Shown: positions 1 to 12,437 of the stretch, one piece after another
How the letters are laid out: every line of letters starts with the position of its first letter
Position numbering within the stretch: the stretch's first letter is position 1
NCBI GenBank assembly: GCA_030390025.1
Contig: CM059433.1
Coordinates: 14,820,001-14,884,000, forward strand
Direction of reading: 5' to 3'
DNA from: Squalus acanthias
Lineage: Eukaryota
DNA length: 64,000 nucleotides
Program-made: the position numbers and the translations under genes
The notes under the pieces: model-generated
Seen by the model: only the letters and a program-made list of their open reading frames with translations
The model's database searches: none
Told to the model about the DNA's origin: nothing

Positions 1-1805
1 GCTGCTTTTTCTGGCCAATTTATATGTCCTCTCAGGAATTCTGTGAGATCTTTATCCTGATACATGGAATGAAGATGATAAATGGCAAGAATGAGAGCAA
101 AGCAAATCTTAGATTATCACTTGCACCTAAATGATTGTAAGGTTTCCAAAATTTGCAGATCCCCAAAACCTAAGGAAAAAGGACTTTGGAACTACCTCAG
201 AGTGATAAAAATGCATTTGGGCCTAACATAAGGAATTTAAGACCAAAAACCAAGTTTTGGCATTTTAAAAACATGTCTGGGCCTGTAAAGGGAGAAAAGG
301 CTGTGAAGGAAGTTGGCTGAACCTCTGTAAAAACAGTTTGGGTATTGCAGTTAATTGCAATGTCTGGGGAACCGGGATGATCTCACTCAAAGCCCCAGGA
401 CGCATTAACATTTTGACAATAGACCCTAGGAGAAGACAGCCCCACCCAAAACAATAGGTCCCATCAAACCGATTACAAGGCCCATCAAGAAGCATGCATA
501 ATACAGAGCACCCAGGACTAGGCTATAGATCAGCCTAAGAACCCAAAACACAAAACCAATCACCAGCAATCAGCCAAGAAAATCGACAGGATACAAACCA
601 TCCCAAAAACCCATTTGACACTTACAGAGCAGTTACTGGTAACAGGCCCGCCAAATTCAGACAATGAACTGAACAGATTTGGCGGGTAGATAAGACCATA
701 TTCAATGGGTCAGATTGAAGGCCTGTTAAAACCCAGTTAACGTGCTAGTAAATCGTTACCGATTTACGAGCCCGCCAAAACTAGACAATGAACTAAACAG
801 ATTTGGCGGGTAGATAAGGCCACTTCAATTCTGTATAATTGAAGGCCCACCAAGCACACATGAGGAGAAGCAGGAGAGAGAAGAAGGAAGGAGAGCCAGC
901 GAGAAGAGGAGAGACCAAGAAGAAGAAGGCCCGAGCTGGAAGCGAGTCGGTTTTGCTCACCACTCAGACACACCTGAGCCCAGCTCGCAAAAACACCACC
1001 TCGACGGACCTCCAACCATGGCCCCAACACAGCGAACCCGGAGCAACAAGCAGCAACCAGTCACCGACGGCTCCACAAGGTCAACCGACACACCAACCAA
1101 GGCCTAAAGCCATCGCGGAAACCAAAGGCCTCACGAAACCAACAACCGCGCATTACCCCCAACTGACCGGGTAATCGCAGGCCACCGCGACCAACAAAGA
1201 CCAACTCCAGGGAAGAAAACCCGAAGAATCACAAATTTTCCAAACTGCAAACTACTCCTGACTTACCCCCTGGATAAGATTTTCCCCAAAGACTCTAAGC
1301 CCTACTGCTGAACCAAAGAAATTGGGTACTCACCAGATAAATCCATAACGACATCCTACCGCATCAGCGGACTTGCAAAGACTGACCAGAGACCCAGGTG
1401 AAGTCCTCTACCGCGTACGGGGTATGGCAGACACTAACTGCTATAAACAGTGAACCCCAAAACCGCGATTTAGCCCAACTGTCAAAGGATTGGTGAGCAT
1501 TATCCCTGGTCCTTCAAAACCTAACTTAGCTAGTAAAGTGGGGTTGGGAGGGGTGAAGTATTGTTCTACTGTCATTTCCCTCGCTTGTACCGAAGTGTTC
1601 CCCACCTTCAGAGTGATAAGAGTGTCATTATTTGTGTCTTACCTTTTAATAAAGATTGAAGTTCTTTCATCAAACTCAGTTGTCTGCTGCACCTTTTGTA
1701 TCACAACCCCCAAATAAGTCCAAGGTCTAGAACCAAGGGTGTGGGAGCAATTAGAACCGCTCAGAAGTCAGAGGTAAAGCTGACACAAAAACACCACCCC
1801 CTACA
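1..1805 (+). mobile_element. Probable long LTR (ERV/LTR-retroelement-like), left end outside window
   Basis: A-rich U3-like region with a duplicated motif (647-686, 771-810), TATA-like tataatt at ~834, purine-rich leader, AATAAA at ~1648 with U5-like downstream tract, and an end in ccccctACA at 1805; no coding similarity seen. Confidence 0.45.
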
Positions 1806-1963
1806 TGATTTCTCATAAAAGAAGGAAATACGCAAAGACTGCTGTGCAAGAAGCAAAAAAACACATTGCGATACCAAACAGGATAACGGTTTGAAATGAA
1901 GTATATTCTCTTTTACCTGCAGATAAACTTAATGTAAACTTTATCCATGGCCTTGTGTTCAGG

Positions 1964-2420
1964 TGTCAGCCATTGCTCAGTTGGTAGCCCTCTTACCTCC
2001 AAGTCAGAAGGTTTAAGTCCCACTCCAGAGACTTGAGCACAAAATCTAGGTTAACACTGCAGTGCAGTACTGAGGGAGTGCTGCACCGTCAGAGGTGCTG
2101 TATAACAGATGAAACATTAAACTACAGCCCCGTCTGCCCTCTCATGTGGACGTAAAAGATCCCATTGCACCATTTCGAAGAAGAGCAGGGGAGTTCTCCC
2201 CGGTATTTATCCCTCAACCAACAACTAAAAACAGCTTATCTGGTCATTATCGCATTACTGTTTGTGGGACTTTACTTTGCGCAGATTGTTGCTTTTCCTG
2301 CATTACAACAGTGACTGCATTACAATCAGTACACGTCAAAATTGCTTAACTGGCTGTAAAGCAATTTGGGACATCGTGAGGTCATGAAAGGCGTCATATA
2401 AATGCAAGTCTTTCTTTTTT
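1964..2420 (+). mobile_element. tRNA-headed Deu-domain SINE (SacSINE1/DeuSINE-like)
   Basis: tRNA-like head gctcagttggtagc, core ggacgtaaaagatccc...ttcgaagaagagcaggggagtt, L2-like tail aaaggcg..atataaatgcaagtctttc; same family at 13787, 29440, 34975. Confidence 0.85.
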
Positions 2421-2452
2421 TAATATATGTAGCTTGTCCATTTGTTATATGA

Positions 2453-2766
2453 TGCGGAGATGCCGGTGTTGGACTGGGGTGGACAAAAGTGAGAAGTTGT
2501 CGACTTGAGTGGGTTCGTGATCTGTTGCGATAATGACCAGATAAGCTGTTTTTAGGTGTTGGTTGAGGGATAAATACCGGGGAGAACTCCCCTGCTCTTC
2601 TTCGAAATGGTGCAATGGGATCTTTTACGTCCACATGAGAGGGCAGACGGGGCTGTAGTTTAATGCTTCATCTGTAATACAGCACTTCTGACGGTGCAGC
2701 ACTCCCTCAGTACTGCACTGGAGTGTTAACCTAGATTTTGTGCTCAAGTCTCTGGAGTGGGACTCA
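2453..2766 (-). mobile_element. TSD-flanked composite insertion: Penelope-like terminus plus inverted copy of the adjacent SINE
   Basis: catttgttatatga at 2439-2452 and 2767-2780; 2526-2764 is the reverse complement of 2016-2254. Confidence 0.75.
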
Positions 2767-3186
2767 CATTTGTTATATGACATCTTACATCAGAATATTA
2801 AAAGCCATGCTTTGCAACACCAACGTGAGTTCTTGTGCACTTTTTCAACCGCAATGTTGCATAGCATTCATGCCTTATCTTATAAAGTGATATAAAAGGC
2901 AGCATAACAAGCTCCAAATTTTACGAGACTTTCTATTCTTTTGTAACCCTCTTTAGAGCCATACCTACTGCCAGCAGGATTCAGGCAAACTGGGATTAGG
3001 AAATTAGATGACTAGTAATCCTGCCCACGCCCCACCTAAAATCCACCATGGGCAGATTTCCATTGGGGCTTTACACCCATGCACTTTACTCCCAGTCCTT
3101 TTGAGTGGGAGCTGAATTAAGCATGTATCTCGTGAGCTAATCAGCAGGTCCCTTCAATGGCCAGCAATACTTCCACCCTATTATAA

Positions 3187-3850
3187 TAAGAACATAAGAA
3201 ATAGGAGCAGGAGTAGGCCATTCGGCCCTTCGAGCCTGCTCCGCCAATCAATGAGATCATGGCTGATCTTCTGCCTCAACTCCATTCACCGGCCCTATCA
3301 CCATATCCCTTGATGCCCTTACTAGTCAGAAATCTATCGACTTCTGTTTTGAATATACTCAATGACTGAGCCTCCACAGCCCTCTGGGGTAGAGAATTCC
3401 AAAGATTCACCACCCTCTGTGTGCAGAAATTTCTTCTCATCTCAGTCCTGAATGGCCTACCCTTTATCCTGAGGCTGTGGCCCCTGGTTCTAGACTCCCC
3501 AGCCAAGGGAAACATTCTCCCAGCATCCATCCTATCAAGCCCTTTAATAATTTTGTATGCTTCAATGAGATGCCCTCTCATTCTTCTGAATTCAAGAGAA
3601 TACAGGCCTAGTTTACTCAATCTCTTTTCATACGACAGTCCCGTCATCCCAGGAATCAATCTCGTGAATCTTCGTTGCACTCCCTCTATGGCAAGTATAT
3701 CCTTCCTTAGGTAAGTAGACCAAATTGTACACAGTACTCCAGGTGTGGTCTCACCAAGGCCCTATATAATTGGAGTAAGACTTCTTTACTCCTGTACTCA
3801 AATCCTCTTGTAATGAAGGCCAGCGTACCATTTGCCTTCCGAATGGCTTC
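3187..3850 (-). mobile_element. CR1-type LINE 3' fragment
   Basis: ORF 3276-3680 QRRFTRLIPG...RVVNLWNSLP is the CR1 ORF2 C-terminus; taagaacataagaa tail. Confidence 0.92.
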
Positions 3851-5127
3851 CTAAGGCATTACATGGAAAGTAATTAAAGGCCCAATTTAAAGGAGCAGAG
3901 CGAAATAATTATTTAAAGACTGTTAAAATATCTGTTAATTTTCAGGTAGTGTTTCCAATATTAACTATTATTTTTCAGCTAATGTTTTAATATATTTTCC
4001 CATGTTTTCTGAATCAGACCGTGGTGGGAATGTTTATAAGATAAGCTAAGCACAGAATCATTGTTACCAATATTACAGAGAAGCTGACTGCAGAACAGAC
4101 AGATCCTGAAAGAAGACATCTTTAAATAAAGTGTCTCTCACAAGTCACGGCACTGCAACATGTACCACACCAGCTAACTGATAGTTACACCAAGTGCAGG
4201 GCCTTATGACAAGTTAATGCCACTTCACTGCTGGGGGAATTATTGGGAAGCACTCCAATCACTGTAAGTGCACTTTAAGTGCAGCTCCCACCACTTATAC
4301 TCCCTGTGGCTATTGAGGGCAACTGTCTACATCGGGCAATTCACGGTAGACAGTTGCCATTCCCATAGGTCAATTACAAAGATGCCGCTGATAGCGTATC
4401 AAGTACGCCAGCTATTTCAGGCAGACTCAGCTGTTCATCCAGCAGTACGCACCTCGTTAGGTGCAATTACCTTGGTAATTAGTGTTGAGTTACAGCTCGT
4501 GCTAATTAGCACTGACTGCAACAGGGCAGCTGTTCCAGGAACACAAAAAGCAACTCTTTACATTCCAATAATTTGGGGAATACTGATAGCAAGTTTATTA
4601 AGGACAACCGGCTCATCAGATTTCATGGTAGTAAACAAATCAGACGAGAGGGTTTGAGAAGTCCGACTCCTTTTACTGTCCCCTTCATATAGCAGGCAAA
4701 CCGCATCAACACCAATGTGCTCGATATAAGCGGTGGGAATCCAATGCAAGATGAAAGAAGGGAAAATAGAACTTGAAAGTAACATTTTAATATGAATCAG
4801 GCCAAGATCCTTCAAAGGTGAAATAGTCAGAAATCCTGAAATGTGACCTAAGAAAAGGGACAAAAGTAAATACATCTGTGCTTTGAAAATGTATTTCAAA
4901 CCTATCCAAAGAACATTGAAAGTACTGTATTTATTAAACTAAATGATGAAATTGATAACGGAAAATAAGAGATGGATCAATAAGTAGGCTGATGAAGGAC
5001 TCTCCCAGTGACACTACAAGTTGATGCAGTGAGTAGCTGGACCACATAAACCAAAAAGATCAGGACAGATCCCAGGTATGTGCTAAATTAGTTGATCTGA
5101 GAAAGGGAAGCAGTAGGAGTGCGAATA

Positions 5128-5658
5128 ATCATAGAATCATAGAATAGTAGAGCACAGAAGGAGGTCATTCAGCCCATCGCGTCTGTGCCGGCTCTTTCGA
5201 AGAGCAATCTAGTTAGTCCCACTCCCCCGCTCTTTCCCCATATCCTGCAATTTTTTCTCCTTCACGTATTTATCCAATTCCCTTTTGGAGGCTACTATTG
5301 ACTCTGTATCCACCACCCTATCAGGCAGTGCATTCCAAATCCAAACTACTCGTTGCGTAAAAAGTTTTTCCTCATCTGGTACTTTTGCCATTTCTGTGCC
5401 CTCTGGCTTATCGAACCTTCAGCCATTGGAAACAGTTTCTCTTTATTTACTCTATCTGAACACTTCATGACTTTAAACACCTCTATCAAATCTCCTCTTA
5501 GCCTTCCTGCTCTATGGAGAACCACTCCAGCTTCTCCAGTCTATCCACATAGCTGTAATCCCTCATCCCTGGAACCATTCTAGAAAATCTCTTCTGGACC
5601 CTCTCCAAAGCCTTCACATCCTTCGTAAAGTGTGGTGCCCAGAATTGGAGACAATACT
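5128..5658 (-). mobile_element. CR1-type LINE 3' fragment
   Basis: YCLQFWAPHF..ERVQKRF and FTQRVVWIWNALP motifs; catagaatcatagaat tail. Confidence 0.88.
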
Positions 5659-5764
5659 TCTTGGCATACGGAGGGCGAAATTGACAATGCTTCCCACCGT
5701 TCAATACCTTCTGCTTGAAGTGCATGTGTAGATGTTGGGCGAGGGCAGATTGGGGTTGGCTGTT

Positions 5765-6617
5765 ATAGCAGAATGGGCATATAATTAGCAAATGAATTTC
5801 AACATAGATAAATGGGAGGTATTACATTTTGGTAGGAAGAATAGGGAAGTCACTTACAACTTGGAGGGTGCGAGTCTGGGTGGGGTAGAGGAACATAGGG
5901 ATCTCGGAGTACAAATACACAAATCGCTAAAGTAGCGACACAGGTTAACAAGGCCATAAAAAAAGCAGATCAAGCACTGCGGTTTATTTCTAGAGGGATA
6001 GAATTGAAAAGTAGTGAAGTTATGCTAAACTTGTATCGAACCTTGGTTAGACCACATTTGGAGTACTGTGTACAATTCTGGTCGCCATATTATGGAAAGG
6101 ATATAGAGGCACTGGAGAGGGTGCAGAGAAGATTTACAAGGATGATACCAGAAATGCGAGGGTGTACATATCAGGAAAGGATGAACAGGCTGGGTCTCTT
6201 TTCGCTTGAAAAAGAAGTCTGAGGGGTGACCTAATAGAGGTCTTTAAAATTATGAAAGGTTTTGATAGAGTAGACACAGAGAGAATGTTTCCACTTGTGG
6301 GGAAGAGCATAACTAGAGGCCATCAATATAAGATAGTCACCAAGAAATCAAATAGGGAATTCAGAAGAAATTTCTTTACCCAGAGAGTGGTAAGAATGTG
6401 GAACTCGCTACCACAGGAAGTAGTTGAGGTAAATAGTATAGATGCATTGAAGGAGAGGCTAGATAAGCATATGAGGGAGAAGGGAATAGAGGATTATGCT
6501 GATAGATTTAGATGAGGAAAGACGGGAGGAGGCTCGTGTGGAGCATAAACGCTGGCATGGACTGGTTGGGCTGAATGGCCAGTTTCTGTGCCGTATATCC
6601 TATGGAATCCTATGTAA
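5765..6617 (+). mobile_element. CR1-type LINE 3' fragment
   Basis: LYRTLVRPHLEYCVQFWSP and RNFFTQRVVRMWNSLP; same subfamily as 57898-58226. Confidence 0.92.
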
Positions 6618-7349
6618 GCCTTCACCCAACTGAATGGCTTCACTCTAAAGGCTCACACATGAATAATGGCCACTTGCAGTTGTTAACTGAACTGAACTGT
6701 CCTGTCAGAAGAGGCAAAAGGAGATAGCTGGAGCGACAAGAGGGAAAAAATGATAAGCAACCAAACCATTAGAACTATGAGACACAATGTCCGCGATTTT
6801 AACCCTGCCCACCTGACAGGAACGGGGCGAGTGAGGGGTTAAAATTGCGAAAAATCGACTTACTGCCCCGTCCCACCCAGCAGCCAACCTGCTCAGTGAT
6901 ACCTCGCGGGATTGGCCTGAGAAACTGACTGACCAGCGCTGCTACAAGAATTTAAAAAGGGCAAATTACCTGAAGGCAGTCAATTATAGAGGTGCTTGTG
7001 CTGCAGAGAGTATTGGAGTTCCAGGGCATTGGTAAGCTACCGCATTTATTTTTTATCCTCGTATTTAGTCTTCACTCACTCTGACTAAGCACCCTCTGCT
7101 TGTCATGAGTTCCAGTATTGCTCAGAGGTACTCTGGTGGGAGGAAGAGGCGCAGCAGCAGTCTCAGCAGCCAGGACAAGCTACAGTCGGGTCTGTTAAAG
7201 CACAGCGGGTGAAGGGAGCAGCCCGAGAGGCCAAGGATCAATTGCCCTCTCAATTCACTCACCTGACAAAAAGCTCCGCTGCTTTAACAATCCATGTTAT
7301 CCCCTTCAACACTCCCTTCATTATAAATTGAAGAACAATCAAACCATTG

Positions 7350-8150
7350 CATAAGAACATAAGAAATAGGAGCAGGATTAGGCCACTTGGCCCCTCGAGC
7401 CTGCTCCGCCATTCAATAAGATCATGGCTGATCTTGGGCTCAAAGCCACTTCCCCGCCCGCTCCCCATAGCCCTTCACTCCCTCATCTTGCAAAAATCTG
7501 TCTATCTCCACCTTAAATGTATTTAATGACCCAACCTCCACAGCTCTCTGGGGCAGAGAATTCCACAGATTTACGACCCTCTGAGAGAAGAAATTCCTCC
7601 TCATCTCAGTTCTAAAAGGGCGACCCTTTATTCTGAAACTGTGCCCCCGCGTTCTAGATTTCCCCACGAGGGGAAACATCCTCTCTGCATCTACCTTGTC
7701 GAGCCCCCTCAGTATCTTATATGTTTCAATAAGACCACCTCTCATTCTTCTAAATTCCAATGAGTAAAGGCCCAGCCTGCTCAACCTTTCCTCATAAGTC
7801 AGCCCCCTCATCTCTGGAATCGTCTCTGAACTGCCTCCAATGCAAGTATATCCTTCCTTAAATAAGGAGACCAAAACTGTACACAGTACTCAAGGTGTGG
7901 TCTCACCAACGCCCTGTACAGTTGTAGCAGGACTTCCCTGCTTTTATACTCCAACCCCCTTGCAATAAAGGCCAACATTCCATTTGCCTTTTTGATTACT
8001 TGCTGTACCTGCATGCTAACTTTTTGTGTTTCATGCACAAGGACCCCCAGGTCCCTTTGAACTGTAGCATTTTGTAATCTCTCTCCATTTAAATAATAAT
8101 TTGCTTTTTTATTTTTCCTGCCAAAGTGTATAACCTCACACTTTCCCTTT
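7350..8150 (-). mobile_element. CR1-type LINE 3' fragment
   Basis: KCEVIHFGRKN, LVRPHLEYCVQFWSP, RVVNLWNSLP motifs. Confidence 0.92.
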
Positions 8151-9384
8151 CCCAACGTCTAATTCACTGATATCCTGTCAAAGCAGACTAACTAGCTAGA
8201 ATGAAACGAGACCATGCAACAAACTCCCCAGTGCGGAAAAAAACTGATGAATTATTTGCAAACTGAAAATTGAACTAAAATCTTTTAACACTTAAACGCT
8301 CAACTTGTAGGGTTTTTCTGGACAAAAGGTTTCCTCACTCTACTACCCTTACGAGCTGCTCCCCCCAGTGTCTTCTGTAGAGCTGGTGGAAGGCTGCTGT
8401 TGCTCACGTGGGGACCCTTGAGATGACCGTGGCCAACAATGCCTGTGTTTCAGTAAACGCTCACTAAATCTTGCCATCTCTGCCGGCAGGACAAAATGGC
8501 GCACAATAATCAAGATTGGAGAAAGACCATGGAAGGACCAGCTAACCTCATGATCCTCAGCGAGCTGGAAAAGCAAGACATGGAAATTTGTCGGCCTGTC
8601 AGAGTTCTGCACATCGGGTATTCCGAGGCTGGAGGCTTCGCAGAGAAAATTAATAGGTGTTAGGATGGCAATGGGAGGCTGCACAGTTGCAGAAGACATG
8701 CATTACAATGTAATTTGATGTCGTGAAGCTTGGCTGAATGTGTGTTTTTACAGTACTGAAGATGTTGCACTTTGTCTTCTGCCGGGGAGTCTGGCTTTCT
8801 GGCACCATGGTTGGTCTTGGTTCAGGGGTTGGTGAGGGAGCAGACATCCTGAGAGAGGGCAACACCAACCACTCCCGTTGCGCCACTGCCACTCCCATGG
8901 CACTGGGGCTCTACACTTCGACTGATCTGCAGGAAACAGACTGCAGAATGATGAGTGACTCTTTGAAAGCCCCTATCCACTTGCTCCACCAGTCTCTCCA
9001 AGGTGGCCATCTATCTATCCAAGGTGGAGCACAGTTTGAGCCCAGAGTTTGCATGGCAGCCGTTTGAGTTTCCACCAAAGCCACAAAGTGTGCGACCATG
9101 GACTCCTGTTGTGAGGGCCTGGCTGCAGAGCCCCTGGAGATAGCCACACTCGCCAAGGTAGACTGCAGAGTGCTGATGCTATGCAAGATGTCACCACACA
9201 GGCTGGAAGCGGACTCCTCCATACTATCAGCCATGGGGCTGAAACTCCTTAGCAGGCCTTCCAATACCTGATATAACGGCTTGTGTGAAGCAAGCAGTTT
9301 TTTTCTCATAGCTGGGTCCCTGAAGTCCTTATTTCTGTCCCGCTCAGCAGAGCTAGGAGAGGACCTCGCCACCCCCCTCCCCCA

Positions 9385-10150
9385 TAACTGATTGTTTCTC
9401 TTCTACGGGCTGTGCCAAGTTTGGCTTTAACAACGACAACCTGGTTCGTGGCTGTCGTTTGAGAAACAACTCTGCTGGTTTTCTACCAGTAGTGGTATGA
9501 GGAGTATTCCGATAGGTAATCAGAAAATTTGCCAGTTTGTGGTCTAACGACAACTGATGTTTCTTTGGATTTGGATCCAACATTTGCTTGAAGAGGGCAC
9601 GTTTGACAATTTGTACTGTGCGCTCTGCTGCACCATTTGAAGCAGGGTGGTACGGTGGAACTTTGGTATGTTTCACACTGATTCTGCTCATGAACTGTGT
9701 GAACTCTACTGAACAAAATTACGTCCCATTATCAGTCACAATTCCTTCTGGGAGGCCGTATGAAGAAAACAATCTTCGCAAATTGTCTAGTGTTTTGCTT
9801 GTTGTTATTATCCGCATTGGAAACACCTCTACCCACTTCGAGTGACTATCTATCACTATGAACAATTGCTGTCCTTCTAGCTCAGTAAAATCCACATGTA
9901 ACCGTGGCCACACTCTGGGAGGTCATTTCCATGGCTGTAATGGTACTGATGTTGGTTTCCTGCTCACCGATTGACATGTTGTACACTGACTGACTATGCA
10001 CTCTATCTCTTTATCTAAGCCTGGCCACCATAAGTAACTGCGTGCAAAACTCTTGGTCAAGCACATTCCCAGGTGCTAGTCATGAAGATCTTCTAACAAT
10101 TTAGACCTGAACCTATTTGTGATAACCACTCCTGCTCCCAACATGATACA
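9385..10150 (-). pseudogene. Ty3/Gypsy integrase fragment (HHCC zinc-binding region and rve core), frameshifted
   Basis: WPRLHVDF...IDSHSKWVEV...YGLPEGIVTDNG; YHPASNGAAERTVQ; YRNTPHTTTG. Confidence 0.88.
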
Positions 10151-10333
10151 ATTAAGTGGGAAGCCCGCCAGTCACATTATAATGAAGCCCGGGAGTTGAA
10201 ATACCCCAGGCCTGTTCTCCGCAGCAGTGGGTAATTTTTAAACTCACTTCACTATGGACTTGCCCAAAAATCACCCAGAGTTAAAATTGGGACCAATATG
10301 TTGCTAGCTAGATGCAAAAGTATAACGCACGAT

Positions 10334-10979
10334 GGGTTGAATTATAACAGCCAAAAATGGGTGGGTTGGACGGAGGCGGACAAGGGAAGGGCAGCCAACC
10401 CGCTCCCAGGAGGTGGGTTGTCAATTTAAATACGTTAATGAGGCTGGTATCCTCTGATATAACCTGCTTTGCAAGTTTTACAGTGGACGGACGCCCAGAT
10501 ATCAGGAAACCTGGCAGCTGAAGGGAGGCGAGAATAGCTTTGGGGAGAAGGTAAGTGCCTTCTAGTAATCACTGCTCGTGGGCCAGTAGGAGCAGGAGTG
10601 CTTCCCCCCACCTCCCCCAAGCTCCCCCACCCTATTCAGACGCCCTCCCCTTAAAAAGACCCCTGGGATCGGACCCCCCACCCCGGCACCGGGGTTGGGG
10701 ATTGGAACTCCCTCTCCCCCATCTCCGGGATCGGACCTCCCCGGGGTTGTGGATCAGACCTACCTGGTCTTGCGGCCTGTTCCAGAGTCCTCCCCACCCG
10801 ACTGGAAGCCAAGCCTGTTAATCAGGCTGACTTCCAGGCAGGGAACCTGTCAATGACAAAAGCCGCAGGTTGTGGAGTTAAATCTCCACAACACGCGGGG
10901 AAACCCGGAGTTTCCCGTCCGAAACTCCGCCCCCCCCCACCCCCTGCCTAAGTAACCCATCCCTGTTAATATCCAGGTC
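10334..10979. mobile_element. Non-autonomous Harbinger-like MITE
   Basis: Starts gggttgaattataac, ends gttaatatccaggtc; related to 35492, 38399 and 49808 elements; flanks GAT/AAT. Confidence 0.65.
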
Positions 10980-11255
10980 AATGAGTTTGGACAGTCTGTT
11001 TGCTCTTAATACTATGCATTTACCATTTAATGTTACATAAATTTGGCTGTTTGTTTATGGCCCAAGTCGCACTCTGAAAGAGTGCATACCTGTTCATCTA
11101 CTGAAGACAAGGAGCTCACGTGGCAGCATGTGGTGTATTCCAGTAACAGTGGCAAGCGTTCTTTGTATATCTCTGAGTCTTGCTACATGTACCTAGATAT
11201 TGGGCAGATAAGAACACACTTTCATCGGGCATGTAGGGTCCACTTACATGAGTGG

Positions 11256-11596
11256 ACTAGACGGGGAAAGGTTGTTCCCACTAGTTGATGATACAAGGTC
11301 TAGGGGTCACAGATTTAAGGTTTTGGGGCAAGAGATACAGGGGGGGATGTGAGGAAAATCTCTTTTACTCAGCAGGTGGTGAGGACCTGGAACTCGCTGC
11401 CAACGGAAGTGGTGGAAGCGGAGACACTCAATGTTTTCAAGGGGAGACTGGATAGGCACTTGAGGGAAATAAACTTGCAGGGCTACGGGGATAGAGCGGG
11501 GGAATGGGACTGACTGGATTGCTCGACAGAGAGCTGGCACAGACTCGATGGGCCGAATGGCCTCCTTCTGTGCCGTTATGACTCTATGACTCTATG
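11256..11596 (+). mobile_element. CR1 3' fragment
   Basis: Matches CR1 3' end at 15990-16320; tgactcta tail repeats. Confidence 0.88.
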
Positions 11597-12169
11597 GTCA
11601 TTGATGCTGACCCCAAGTAGTACATCATTTGTAAAAAAAAAACATAAGCAAAACAACTATGTCCAGAAATCCAGCAGAAAGTTTACAAAAATGGGAATGT
11701 GTTCACCAGATGGCATGCTATTTCCCATACACAAAAGAGATAAGGCTGAGGCTCAGATCATAGGGAGTGTGGACTCATCCATGGAAGCTGCCCTTTGAGA
11801 TAACAATGTAGAGAAAGTACTGGGAATAAGGCTGAATTGTAATGGTATGCAAGAGCTTCTGTGCCAATAAGCCAGAAGTGGCAAGGAAAGTGGCAGGAAT
11901 ATCTGAATCTCTTTCTAGAGAATTTGGAATATGTTACACACTGAGTGTAAGTACTTACAATCCACAATGGAGATCAAGGAGCTTGTCTGCCAGGTGGCAG
12001 GAGTCACGGAGTATGAAATAAACGGAAGGGGTGGGGGATACAGAGGTCCATTGACTTGCATTGCAGGGTTATTTCTACACAGGTTTATTGAAATGGAGAA
12101 CAAGAAGAGAAGATTCTGGGGCCATAAAGGTTTGCAGTTTTATCGGTGATGCTTTAGAGGGAAATGCTG

Positions 12170-12437
12170 TAGAGCAATCGAGTCAGTCCCATTCCCCTGC
12201 TCTATCCCCGTAGCCCTGCAAGTTTATTTGCCTCAAGTGCCTATCCAGTCTCCTCTTGAAGACATTGAGTGTCTCCATTTCCACCACTTCCATCGGCAGC
12301 GAGTTCCAGGTCCTCACCACCCGCTGCGTAAAAAAGTTTTTCCTCACATTCCCCCTGTATCTCTTGCCCAAAACCTTAAATCTGTGTCCCCTAGTCTTAT
12401 ACCATCAACTAGTGGGAACAGCCTTTCCCCGTCTAGT
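12170..12437 (-). mobile_element. CR1 3' fragment, inverted partner of the 11256 copy
   Basis: [16 protein letters not shown]; shares a non-CR1 5' leader with the 11256 copy. Confidence 0.88.

Larger units (their letters stand above)
6789..10294. mobile_element. Degenerate PIF/Harbinger element carrying nested CR1 and Gypsy fragments
   Basis: Termini gtccgcgattttaac / gttaaaattgggacc flanked by AAT on both sides; minus-strand Myb-partner remnant (MEESASSL..., QQPSTSS) at ~8330-9370. Confidence 0.6.

Noticed and set aside
839..1174. 111-aa ORF
   Set aside because: Low-complexity by-product of an A/C-rich LTR-like leader; no gag or other motifs
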